Shown: positions 9,826 to 17,777 of the stretch, one piece after another
Layout: the number at the start of each line of letters is the position of its first letter
Position numbering within the stretch: the first letter of the stretch is position 1
Assembly (NCBI GenBank): GCA_035942755.1
Contig: DASZCV010000174.1
Span: forward strand, 1 to 29,943
DNA from: Thermoleophilaceae bacterium
GTDB taxonomy: Bacteria > Actinomycetota > Thermoleophilia > Solirubrobacterales > Thermoleophilaceae
DNA length: 29,943 bases
Direction: 5' to 3'
Program-made: the position numbers and the translations under genes
Notes under the pieces: model-generated
What the model saw: the letters and a program-made list of their open reading frames with translations, nothing else
What the model was told of the DNA's origin: nothing
Databases searched by the model: none

Positions 9826-9866
9826 TTCGCGGAGCGGAGATCGGCGGGACTTTCGCGGACGGAGAT
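9826..9866. repeat. Direct repeat TTCGCGGA(G)CGGAGAT x2 upstream of tRNA-Gln
   Basis: Copies at 9826-9841 and 9852-9866 differ by one indel; period 26 bp. Confidence 0.7.
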
Positions 9867-9878
9867 AGGGGGGACGTT

Positions 9879-11174
9879 TCAGCGGTCTTTATCGGCGCTC
9901 GGCACGCGGCCGCCCTCGCTGCCCGCCTCCCACGCGGGACCCCCGGGCGGGGAGATACCGAGCACCCGCATGGCCTTGAGCCCCAGGCTGAGGCGCTCGC
10001 GGCCATCGCTCGAGGCCACGTCGAGGCCGCTCAGCTCGCGAACGCGATCGAGGCGGTAACGGATCGTGTGGCGGTGGGCGAAGAGCTTCTCGGCGGTCTT
10101 AGCAATGTTTCCGTCGGACTCGAGGAAGGTCTCGAGCGTGCGCACCAGCTCCGTCTCGTACTGCTCGTCGTATGCGACGAGAGGGGCCACGGTCTCCTCG
10201 TGGAAGCGCCGCAGCTCGGCGGAGTCCTCGCTCATGGCGGGCAGCAGCAGGCGGTAGGCGCCCGTCTCGTCGAAGGGCAGGAGGCCGAGACCGCGTGCGT
10301 CTGCCACGTTTGCCGCCAGGAGAGCCTCTGCTCCGGCACGATGCAGATCGGAGGGATCGGGGGTCGGGCGGCTCAGGCCGACCACGACGGCGAACCCGTG
10401 GAGCCCCGCCTCGAGCTCCTTGGAGACCGCGGCTGCGGCGCGCCGGGCAAGCTCCGCTCCGTGGCCGGGCACGAGCAACACCGGGTCGCGCTCGGGCCGG
10501 CGGTGGCGCGGGTCCCCACCCGGAGCCCGGGGGCGTGATCGAGGGACCCCCAGCTCGACCCCGGCGGCAAGCGAGCTGCGCTCGACCGAGCGCGCTCCCC
10601 GCTCGGCGCTCGTCAGCACGCGGGCCCGCCAGTCCCCCTCCTCGGGATGCTGCGGCCGTGCCCGCACCACGATCACGCACGCGCCGTCGCTCAGATCGCA
10701 GTTCAGCTCCTCGGCCCGGGCGAGGATCTCGTGACGCTCGGTGACCTTTCGGGAGAGCAGATCGCGGAGAAAGTCGCCCACGGCCGCCTCCGTGGCGCGC
10801 TCCGGTGCGCGTGCGCGCTCTGCTTCGAGCGCGATCAGCGTGCCGACCATGCGCACGAGCGCCGCGGGAGGCGGCCCGGCACGCGCCCTGAACCTCAGCT
10901 CGCCGCCGGGCTGATCGGCCACCCGCAACTCGATCCGCTCGCTTCCGCTCTCACCTGCGATCACCGCCCGCTCGTCCTCCCGGGAGAGGCAGGCCACGGC
11001 CAGCACGCCGCCTGAGGGGTCCATGACCACCACGCTCGCGTTCAGGGCGTGGGCTGCCGCCCTGACCACCGTGGGCAGGCCGGCGCCTGCCTCCACGGCC
11101 TGCGACACCTCCCCCATCGCCTCGAGAAAGGACGTCTCGGAGGCGCCGTCCACGAGTCTCTGCGCGGAAGCCAC
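9879..11174 (-). CDS. PucR/CdaR-family transcriptional regulator (GGDEF-like domain plus C-terminal HTH)
   Basis: GDFLRDLL, GAYRLL, ELVRTLETFLESDGNIAKTAEKLFAHRHTIRYRLDRVRELSGLD. TAGAAT lies 6 nt before the GTG. Confidence 0.92.
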   Translation of the reverse strand: MASAQRLVDGASETSFLEAMGEVSQAVEAGAGLPTVVRAAAHALNASVVVMDPSGGVLAVACLSREDERAVIAGESGSERIELRVADQPGGELRFRARAGPPPAALVRMVGTLIALEAERARAPERATEAAVGDFLRDLLSRKVTERHEILARAEELNCDLSDGACVIVVRARPQHPEEGDWRARVLTSAERGARSVERSSLAAGVELGVPRSRPRAPGGDPRHRRPERDPVLLVPGHGAELARRAAAAVSKELEAGLHGFAVVVGLSRPTPDPSDLHRAGAEALLAANVADARGLGLLPFDETGAYRLLLPAMSEDSAELRRFHEETVAPLVAYDEQYETELVRTLETFLESDGNIAKTAEKLFAHRHTIRYRLDRVRELSGLDVASSDGRERLSLGLKAMRVLGISPPGGPAWEAGSEGGRVPSADKDR

Positions 11175-11235
11175 CCCCCGATTCTAGGGCCCACAGCCCC
11201 ACGGCCGGCGACGCTGGGGCGCCCGCAGGCCTTGG

Positions 11236-11448
11236 CTACGCGTAGCGGTCGTAGGACCAGACGATGGCAAGACCAAGGCCTGCCCCTATGCCCACCAGCG
11301 CGCCCAGGATGAAGAGGGTGAGAAAGCCCGCCCCGACCTTCTCCCAGAACCGCCCGTAGGCCGACACCGCCGGCACGAGGATGAATGCGATGTAGCTCGC
11401 TGCGACTATTCCCGCCGCCAGCGTGATTGCGAGCTCGGTTGTGGTCAT
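11236..11448 (-). CDS. Small two-TM membrane protein (70 aa)
   Basis: MTTTELAITLAAGIVAASYIAFILVPAVSAYGRFWEKVGAGFLTLFILGAL... starts 4 nt after the DedA-PAP2 stop codon. Confidence 0.8.
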   Translation of the reverse strand: MTTTELAITLAAGIVAASYIAFILVPAVSAYGRFWEKVGAGFLTLFILGALVGIGAGLGLAIVWSYDRYA

Positions 11449-11452
11449 GTCT

Positions 11453-12979
11453 TCATCGGCCCGGGTCCGGTGGGGCGCCTCGGTGCTCATTCTGCCTGAT
11501 GTACGCGACGGCCAGCGCCGTGGCCGCGCAGGCGCCGAGGATGCCCGCACCAAGTCCCCAGCCGGCGGCCACGTCCGACCAGTAGTGCACCCGAAGGTAG
11601 ACCCTCGACAGGCCGACCGCCACCGCCACCCCGACGGCGACCGCCACGAGCGCGGCAGCGCGCGCCATACCGCGAATGGCCGACGCCAGGGCGAGCGCGA
11701 TCCCCACCCAGACCGTCGAGTACGCGGCGTGCCCACTCGGGAAGCTCGCTCCTTCAGCGGTCGCGAGGGGCCGGGCCGGGCGGGCGCGGTCGATGCCCTC
11801 CTTGGCGAGTCGGACCGCCACGTATAGGAGCATCGTCCCGGCGACGAGCGCCACGGCCTCGGTGATGTGCCGGCGCGCGAGCAGGAGCAGGGCAACCCCG
11901 AACAGCACGGTCGACACCGTGACGAGCGAACCGAGCTCCGTGATCACCTTCACCAGGTCCACGGCCTCTGGGCGGTGTAGGTCATCGGCCAGCTCGAGCA
12001 GCTCGAGGTCAGCCGGCGTGGTGCCGCGATCGCCCGAGAGGACCACCGCATAGACGGTGAACACGTAGAGGCCCACACCCGCGACGGCGAGCGCCGAGGT
12101 GAGCTCGAGCCCGAGCTGCCCCGGGGTCAGCCGGTCGAGTACGAAGCGAAGGCGGGGAGCCGCGAAGCCGGCGGCGGGCTCGAGCACCCGTCGCCAAACT
12201 GCGTCGAGCGGCACCACGAGCGGCCGCAGCGCGCGCCGCCTGCCCTGTCGCCCGATCCACGCCGCCAGCGCCTCTCGGTTCTCCGCGACGCGCAGCTTGC
12301 GCCATGAGTAGATGGCCCCGGCGGCCAGCGCGACCGTGATGCCGAAGGCAAGTGTGGCCTTGCCGGCGATCGCCGTCACGCGGTCGAAGGAGCGGTAGAA
12401 CACATACCCGAGGACGGCGAAGGTGGTCGTCCAGAGCCCGCAGCCGATGATGCTGAACGGAATGAACCTCCGGTAGCGCAGGCCCGAGGACCCGGCAACG
12501 AACGGGGAAAGCGCCCGCACAAGCCCGATGAAGCGCCCGATCAGGATCGTCTTGCCGCCGTGGCGCTCGAAGTAGGACTCCACCTGCTCGACGCGCTCCT
12601 CGTTGATCCTGATCTTGGGCCCGTGCCGAAGGAGGAACTCGCGGCCCAGGCCGCGGCCGATGAAGAAGCTGGCGGTGTCCCCCAGCACGCAGCACAGCCA
12701 CACCAGGCCGATCAGCAGGAGGAGCGAGATCTCGCCCTGGCCGGCGATCACGCCGCCCACGATCACGGTTGCCTCCCCAGGCACCACCAGCCCGACGAAG
12801 GCGCCCGTCTCGAGGAAGGCCAGCAGGCCGACCAAGAGATAGGTCCACTTGCCGAGGCCACCGGCGAGGTCCGCGATCACCTTCTGGGCGTCGGGCAGAT
12901 CGGGAAACAGGCCCGCGGCGTAGAGCGCCACGAGCGTCGCCAGCGTGGCTGCCAGGCCGATCATCTTCTTGTGCTTCAA
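11453..12979 (-). CDS. DedA (VTT/SNARE-associated) - PAP2 phosphatase fusion protein
   Basis: DedA motifs FLETGAFVGLVVPGE and GRFIGLVRALSPFVAG. PAP2 C1 KEGIDRARP, C2 FPSGH, C3 SRVYLRVHYWSDV. The TTG start overlaps the ispE stop (TTGA). Confidence 0.92.
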   Translation of the reverse strand: MKHKKMIGLAATLATLVALYAAGLFPDLPDAQKVIADLAGGLGKWTYLLVGLLAFLETGAFVGLVVPGEATVIVGGVIAGQGEISLLLLIGLVWLCCVLGDTASFFIGRGLGREFLLRHGPKIRINEERVEQVESYFERHGGKTILIGRFIGLVRALSPFVAGSSGLRYRRFIPFSIIGCGLWTTTFAVLGYVFYRSFDRVTAIAGKATLAFGITVALAAGAIYSWRKLRVAENREALAAWIGRQGRRRALRPLVVPLDAVWRRVLEPAAGFAAPRLRFVLDRLTPGQLGLELTSALAVAGVGLYVFTVYAVVLSGDRGTTPADLELLELADDLHRPEAVDLVKVITELGSLVTVSTVLFGVALLLLARRHITEAVALVAGTMLLYVAVRLAKEGIDRARPARPLATAEGASFPSGHAAYSTVWVGIALALASAIRGMARAAALVAVAVGVAVAVGLSRVYLRVHYWSDVAAGWGLGAGILGACAATALAVAYIRQNEHRGAPPDPGR

Positions 12980-13806
12980 GGGCGGCGCGCCTCCGTGACG
13001 ATGGCATTGTCGAGCTGCGACGCCGCCGCCGCCGCGCTCGAACGGTCACCGAAGATGCCGAAGGTCGTCGGCCCGGAGCCCGTGACCTGCGCCGCCAGCG
13101 CCCCGCTGGCGAGCAGGCTCTCCACCGCTTCGGCGAGCTCGGGTCGCAAGGAGGTGGCGGCCGGCGCGAGGTCGTTCTCGACCGCGCCCGCGAGCTCTGC
13201 CAACGGCGCCCCGGCCAGGCCACGCAGCGCCTGCGGGTCGAGAAGGGAAGCGGGCGAGCCGCCTCGCAGACGGTCGAGCTCGCGGAAGACCGCGCGCGTG
13301 GACAGGCCCTCCTCGCTCCAAAGGAGCACGATGCTCATGGGCCGCAGCTCGATCGGCTCGACCCTCTCCCCCGCCCCCGACACCAGCGCATGTCGGGCCT
13401 CCACCTGGCTCGGCACGTCGGAGCCGATGCCCGTCGCCAGCCGGCGCAGACGCTCGGAGCCAAGGCCCGCCCCGCTCAGCTTCTCCGCGGCGCGCAAGAC
13501 GGCGGCGGCGTCCGCGCTCCCCCCGGCGAGCCCCGCCGCCACCGGGATGCGCTTCTCGATCGTCACCCTGACCGGTGGAAGCTCCGGCACCTCGGCGCGG
13601 AAGGCGCTCACGGCCGCGGCGGCCAGGTTCGGGCCCTCGACGCCCGCGCACACCACCTCGTCCTCGGCTGCCCGCTCCACGATCACGCGGTCTGCCAGAT
13701 CCACCGACACGAAGATCGAGCAGAGCGGATGCAGGCCGTCCTCGCGCGGCGCGCCCACCCGAAGGACCAGGTTCACCTTGGCGTAGGCGTGCTCGACGAT
13801 GCTCAC
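12976..13806 (-). CDS. ispE: 4-diphosphocytidyl-2-C-methyl-D-erythritol kinase
   Basis: AKVNLVLRVG, KRIPVAAGLAGGSADAAA, GSDVP, ENDL and VTGSGPTTF motifs. Confidence 0.95.
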   Translation of the reverse strand: MSIVEHAYAKVNLVLRVGAPREDGLHPLCSIFVSVDLADRVIVERAAEDEVVCAGVEGPNLAAAAVSAFRAEVPELPPVRVTIEKRIPVAAGLAGGSADAAAVLRAAEKLSGAGLGSERLRRLATGIGSDVPSQVEARHALVSGAGERVEPIELRPMSIVLLWSEEGLSTRAVFRELDRLRGGSPASLLDPQALRGLAGAPLAELAGAVENDLAPAATSLRPELAEAVESLLASGALAAQVTGSGPTTFGIFGDRSSAAAAASQLDNAIVTEARRP

Positions 13807-14795
13807 CGTTGTGCGCCCCTCCCCTGCCCTGCACCGTGCGGGTGCCGTGTGCCCTGCGGGTGCCGTGTGCCCTGCGGGTGCCCTGCACCCTGCGGGTGTC
13901 CTGTCTTTGTCGTGTATGGGGTGCCGCTCGGTCGCAGGCCGGCGAGCTCCTCGCAGCCGATGGCCTCCGCGAGGTCCTCGAAGTCGCCCGGGGACAGCCG
14001 CTCGGCGCGCGCGTCGACGGGATGCCCCAGCCGCTCGAGCGCCTCCCGTGTCCGCTCACGCACTCCGTCCCTAGCCCCGGAGGCAAGCCCGAGGGAGCCC
14101 GCCAGCGTCTTGCGGCGGTGAGCAAACGCCGCATGCACGAGCGCCACCACCGGATCGGGAGCGAAGGGCGCCCGGCGGCGCAGCAGGAGCAGCGCCGAGT
14201 CCACGTTCGGCTCAGGGTGGAAGACGCTCCGCGCCACCTTGCGGAGCAGCTTCACCTCGCACGGGATCTGGGCGAGCACGGAAGTGGTCCCGTAGATCTT
14301 GCTGCCCGGCTGGGCGGCCATGCGCTCGCCCACCTCGCGCTGGACCATCGCCACCCACAGCATGGCCGCGGGCAGCTCCGCCAGCGACTTGAGCAGCACC
14401 GTGGCCGCCACTCCATAGGGCAGGTTTGCCACCACCTTGCCGGGGGGCGGGTCGAGGTCCGCGAGCTGCAGTCGCACGGCGTCGGCCAGGTGCAGCTGCG
14501 CGCCTGGGAACGGCGCCAGCGCTTCCTCGAGCGCGGGGCGCAGGCCCGGGTCCACCTCCACCACATGCAGGTGACCGACCCGCGCGGCCAGGTACTCGGA
14601 CAGCGCGCCCAGGCCTCCACCGACCTCGAGCACCACGTCTGCCGCGTCCAGCTCCGCGGCACGACCGATCACCTCGAGGATGTTGTCGTCAATCAGGAAG
14701 TTCTGGCCGAGCTCCCTGTTGGGCTGGATGGCGAACCGCTTCAGGCGGTTGAGGCTGGCCTGGCGGGGCAGGGGCGCGGGCGCCGCCTCGCTCAC
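13803..14795 (-). CDS. rsmA: 16S rRNA m6,2A1518/1519 dimethyltransferase with a repeat-containing C-terminal tail
   Basis: LGQNFLID, VLEVGGGLGAL, VANLPY, MVQREV, FHPEPNVDSA and RRKTL motifs. The stop codon overlaps the ispE GTG. Confidence 0.95.
   Translation of the reverse strand: MSEAAPAPLPRQASLNRLKRFAIQPNRELGQNFLIDDNILEVIGRAAELDAADVVLEVGGGLGALSEYLAARVGHLHVVEVDPGLRPALEEALAPFPGAQLHLADAVRLQLADLDPPPGKVVANLPYGVAATVLLKSLAELPAAMLWVAMVQREVGERMAAQPGSKIYGTTSVLAQIPCEVKLLRKVARSVFHPEPNVDSALLLLRRRAPFAPDPVVALVHAAFAHRRKTLAGSLGLASGARDGVRERTREALERLGHPVDARAERLSPGDFEDLAEAIGCEELAGLRPSGTPYTTKTGHPQGAGHPQGTRHPQGTRHPHGAGQGRGAQR
13827..13898. repeat. 18-bp tandem repeat x4 inside the rsmA 3' end
   Basis: ccctgcaccgtgcgggtg / ccgtgtgccctgcgggtg / ccgtgtgccctgcgggtg / ccctgcaccctgcgggtg. 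Encodes HPQGAG-HPQGTR-HPQGTR-HPHGAG. Confidence 0.95.
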
Positions 14796-15541
14796 CAGCC
14801 GAAGACCCGAGCCGCGTTTCGCTCGACCGCGGCATCCAGCTCGCCGTAGCCGACCCCGCGGAGATCCGCCACGAACTCGGCGGTGAGCTGCACGTTGGCG
14901 GGCTCATTGGGCTTGCCCCTCAGCGGATTCGGCGCAAGGTAGGGCGAGTCGGTCTCCATCAACAGCAGCTCCTCGGGGAGCTCGCGCGCCGCGGCCTGGA
15001 GCGCATCGTTGTTCTTGTAGGTCACGTTGCCGGCAAAGGAGCAGAGGTAGCCGCGCTGCACCGCTTCCTCCAGCCGGTCGGGCGCAGAGAAGCAGTGCAG
15101 GATCATCGTGACGCTGCGGGCGTGCTCGGCGAGGATGGCAAACGTGTCCTCCTCCGCGGCGCGGGTGTGGATCACCGCCGGCAGCCCGACCCTTCCCGCC
15201 AGCTCGAGCTGCGCCTCGAACGCGCGCCGCTGGTCCGCCCGCGGCGCGCGGTCGCGGTAGTAGTCGAGCCCCGTCTCACCGACCGCGCGGGCAAGCGGGT
15301 CGGCGGCGGCCCGCTCGATCGCGTCGAGGTCCCCCTCGCCGAACCCCTCCGCATGGTGTGGGTGACGCCCCACGATCGCAACGACCCCTTCGTGCTCACG
15401 CGCGGCCGCGAGGGCGCGCCCTATCGAGTCGCCGTCCATCCCAACGGTGGCGAGCCGGCTCACCCCGGCCTGACGCGCCCGGGCCACCAGCTCCCCGTCC
15501 GGCGGCTTGCAGGAGTCGAGGTGGCAGTGGGTGTCGACCAC
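14792..15541 (-). CDS. tatD: TatD-family DNase/hydrolase
   Basis: VDTHCHLD, GRHPH, VGETGLDYY, IHTR, ILHCFS and ETDSPYLAP motifs. GTG 15541 is the likely start. Confidence 0.95.
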   Translation of the reverse strand: MVDTHCHLDSCKPPDGELVARARQAGVSRLATVGMDGDSIGRALAAAREHEGVVAIVGRHPHHAEGFGEGDLDAIERAAADPLARAVGETGLDYYRDRAPRADQRRAFEAQLELAGRVGLPAVIHTRAAEEDTFAILAEHARSVTMILHCFSAPDRLEEAVQRGYLCSFAGNVTYKNNDALQAAARELPEELLLMETDSPYLAPNPLRGKPNEPANVQLTAEFVADLRGVGYGELDAAVERNAARVFGW

Positions 15542-15554
15542 GCGCAGCGGTCCT

Positions 15555-17078
15555 CTAGGCGGTCGAGGGCCCGGCGGCCTCGACCTTTGGGAAGAGCTGG
15601 CCGATCTCGCCGATGCGGGCGCCGCCGCCGCCGGCGCCGAAGCGCGCGGCATCGAGCGAGCGGTCTTCCTGGCCGAGGGCGGTGAGGAGCTTGACCGCGG
15701 TGTGGGGGATGTACGGATAGAGCAGCACGGACACGACCCGCAGGCCCTCCGCCGCTCCGAGGAGCACGGCGTCGAGCTCGCCGGCGCGCTGGGGATCCTT
15801 GGCCGCCTTCCAGGGCTCGCGCTCCTGGACGAAGCGGTTGAGCGCCCGGACCCTGTTCCAGATCGCGTCGAGCGCGCCGCTGACCTCGACCCGGTCGAGG
15901 CAGCGCCGCACCTCCTCGACCGCTCCGGCGAGCTCGCGGGCGAGCTCGGGCGGCGGGTCGGCCACGGGGACGAGCCCGTCGCGGTAGCTCGCGATCATCG
16001 ACAGGATCCGGCGGGCCAGGTTGCCGTACTCGTTGGCAAGCTCGGTGTTGTAACGGTTCTCGAAGCCCTCCGGGGACACCGAGCCGTCCTGACCGAAGGT
16101 CACCTCGCGCAAGAGGTAGTAGCGCAGGGCGTCGGTGCCATAGACGTCCATCACATGAAAGGGGTCGAGCACGTTTCCGAGCGACTTGGACATCTTGTGG
16201 TCGTCCATCAGGAGGTAGCCGTGGATGAAGACGCGCCTTGGCAGCTCGATCTCAGCGGCCATCAACAGCGCGGGCCAGAACACCGCGTGGAACTTGAGGA
16301 TGTCCTTGGCGATCACGTGCACCGTGGCGGGCCAGAACCTGGCGGTGAGGTCCTCCCCCTCACGCGCGTACGCGAGCGCCGAGTAGTAGTTGAACAGCGC
16401 GTCGACCCAGACGTAGACGACCTGATCGGGGTCCCACGGGACCTGCACTCCCCAGCTGATCCGCGTGCGGCTGAGCGAGAAGTCCCGCAGCCCCCCCTTG
16501 ATGAACGACAGCGCCTCGTTGTAGCGGTTGGGCGGGAGCACCCAGTCCGGGTCGGCGGCGTAGAGGCGCTCGAGGGGCTCCTGGAAGGCGGAGAGACGGA
16601 AGAACCAGTTGTCCTCCTTCTCGCGCTCGAGCTCGATGAGGTGGATCGGACACCTGCTCCCGTCCACGAGCTCGGAGTCGGTCTTGAAGTCCGCGCAACG
16701 GGGACAGTAGAAGCCCTCGTAGGTGCCCTCGTAGACGTGGCCGCCGGCCTTGAGCCTCGTCACGATCTCGGACACCACCACGTGGTGCTCCGGGTCGCTC
16801 GTGCGGATGAAGAAGTCGTTGGTGGCGTCCACGCGCGCCGCCACCGCCTTGAAGCGCTCGGCGTGCCGGTCCGCGAGCTCCCGCGGCGTTACGCCCTCCC
16901 GCTCGGCGGCCTGCGCCACCGGCTCACCGTGCTCGTCGGTGCCCGTGAGGAAGAAGACATCCTCACCCCGCTGCCGCATGTGACGCGCGAGCACGTCGGC
17001 CGCCACGGTGGTGTAGACGTGACCCAGATGCGGCTCGCCGTTCACGTAGTAGATCGGCGTGGTGATGTAGTAGGACAT
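15555..17078 (-). CDS. metG: Methionine--tRNA ligase, short form with a single Zn knuckle
   Basis: YITTPIYYVNGEPHLGH, TGTDEHG, CPRC...CPIH knuckle, KDILKFH and KMSKS motifs. No C-terminal Trbp111 domain. Confidence 0.97.
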   Translation of the reverse strand: MSYYITTPIYYVNGEPHLGHVYTTVAADVLARHMRQRGEDVFFLTGTDEHGEPVAQAAEREGVTPRELADRHAERFKAVAARVDATNDFFIRTSDPEHHVVVSEIVTRLKAGGHVYEGTYEGFYCPRCADFKTDSELVDGSRCPIHLIELEREKEDNWFFRLSAFQEPLERLYAADPDWVLPPNRYNEALSFIKGGLRDFSLSRTRISWGVQVPWDPDQVVYVWVDALFNYYSALAYAREGEDLTARFWPATVHVIAKDILKFHAVFWPALLMAAEIELPRRVFIHGYLLMDDHKMSKSLGNVLDPFHVMDVYGTDALRYYLLREVTFGQDGSVSPEGFENRYNTELANEYGNLARRILSMIASYRDGLVPVADPPPELARELAGAVEEVRRCLDRVEVSGALDAIWNRVRALNRFVQEREPWKAAKDPQRAGELDAVLLGAAEGLRVVSVLLYPYIPHTAVKLLTALGQEDRSLDAARFGAGGGGARIGEIGQLFPKVEAAGPSTA

Positions 17079-17120
17079 GGCCCGTCGATGCTACTGGCGA
17101 GAGCGAGTCATGATGCCGCC

Positions 17121-17597
17121 GTGCGCGGGCGCGGCGATCGGTGGCGGGCGGCTTGGAATCCGGGTCGCGGAGGGCACGCCGGAACCGACCCTCGACTGGC
17201 GCTGACACGCGAGCGAGCGGTCGCGCCGCTCACCGCGCTTCTGATCGTCGCGATCGTCGTTTCGGTCCTGCATTACAGCGACAACGTCGTGAACTTCGAG
17301 GACTATCCGCAGCCAGGCTCTGGCCCGGCGCCGTCAGCCACGGTCATCGCGCTCGCGTGGTTTGTCTTCACCGCAGCCGGGCTGGCCGGACTCGCCCTCT
17401 TCCGCCGCGGCCGCGTGGCGGCTGCCGCCGCGGCGCTGGCGCTCTACTCGGCCAGCGGCCTCGTCGGCCTTGGGCACTACAGCGTGGAAGGGGCAAGCGC
17501 GATGCCGTGGTGGCGCCATGCCCACGTCGTCGCGGACATCGGCTGTGGGGTAGCGGTGTTGGCCTTCGCCGTGTGGGCAGCGCGCCGTTGGAGCTAG
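17121..17597 (+). CDS. Conserved-looking four-TM hypothetical membrane protein (start uncertain)
   Basis: 3' end of track ORF 15507-17597: LLIVAIVVSVLHYSDNVVNFEDYPQP...GLVGLGHY...HAHVVADI. GTG 17121 follows a CATGAT -10-like hexamer by 6 nt. Confidence 0.65.
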   Translation: MRGRGDRWRAAWNPGRGGHAGTDPRLALTRERAVAPLTALLIVAIVVSVLHYSDNVVNFEDYPQPGSGPAPSATVIALAWFVFTAAGLAGLALFRRGRVAAAAAALALYSASGLVGLGHYSVEGASAMPWWRHAHVVADIGCGVAVLAFAVWAARRWS

Positions 17598-17619
17598 GCG
17601 GCGCGCGTGGTATCGAGCG

Positions 17620-17772
17620 CGAACCTCGGCACTGTTCTGCCGAAAGGTCGCAGGCCGAACCACAGGGCAGGACGATCGAGCGGTGCGACCCCGCGGGCCT
17701 GAACTTCGGCACCACCCTGCCCTGTGGAGAGCGGCTCGTCCAGCCGCATGGCGGTACGAGGCTCACGCGCCA
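17620..17772 (+). ncRNA. 6S RNA (ssrS)-like structured RNA candidate
   Basis: Closing stem cctcg/cgagg plus actgtt/ggcggt; central bubble 17637-17652 / 17737-17749; helix ggccg/cggct; perfect 12-bp stem 17660-17671 / 17716-17727. G-U pairs favour the plus strand. Upstream TTGGAG-N17-TATCGA. Confidence 0.55.
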
Positions 17773-17777
17773 GGGCT

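Noticed and set aside
13827-13898. 18-bp repeats as a CRISPR array
   Set aside because: Units are contiguous with no spacers, are too short, lie inside a CDS, and no cas genes are present.
17705-17727. CAGGGTGGTGCCG on the minus strand as a T-box for metG
   Set aside because: Poor match to AGGGTGGNACCGCG, no stem I or specifier loop, about 630 bp from metG with a plus-strand gene in between, and G-U pairing favours the plus strand.
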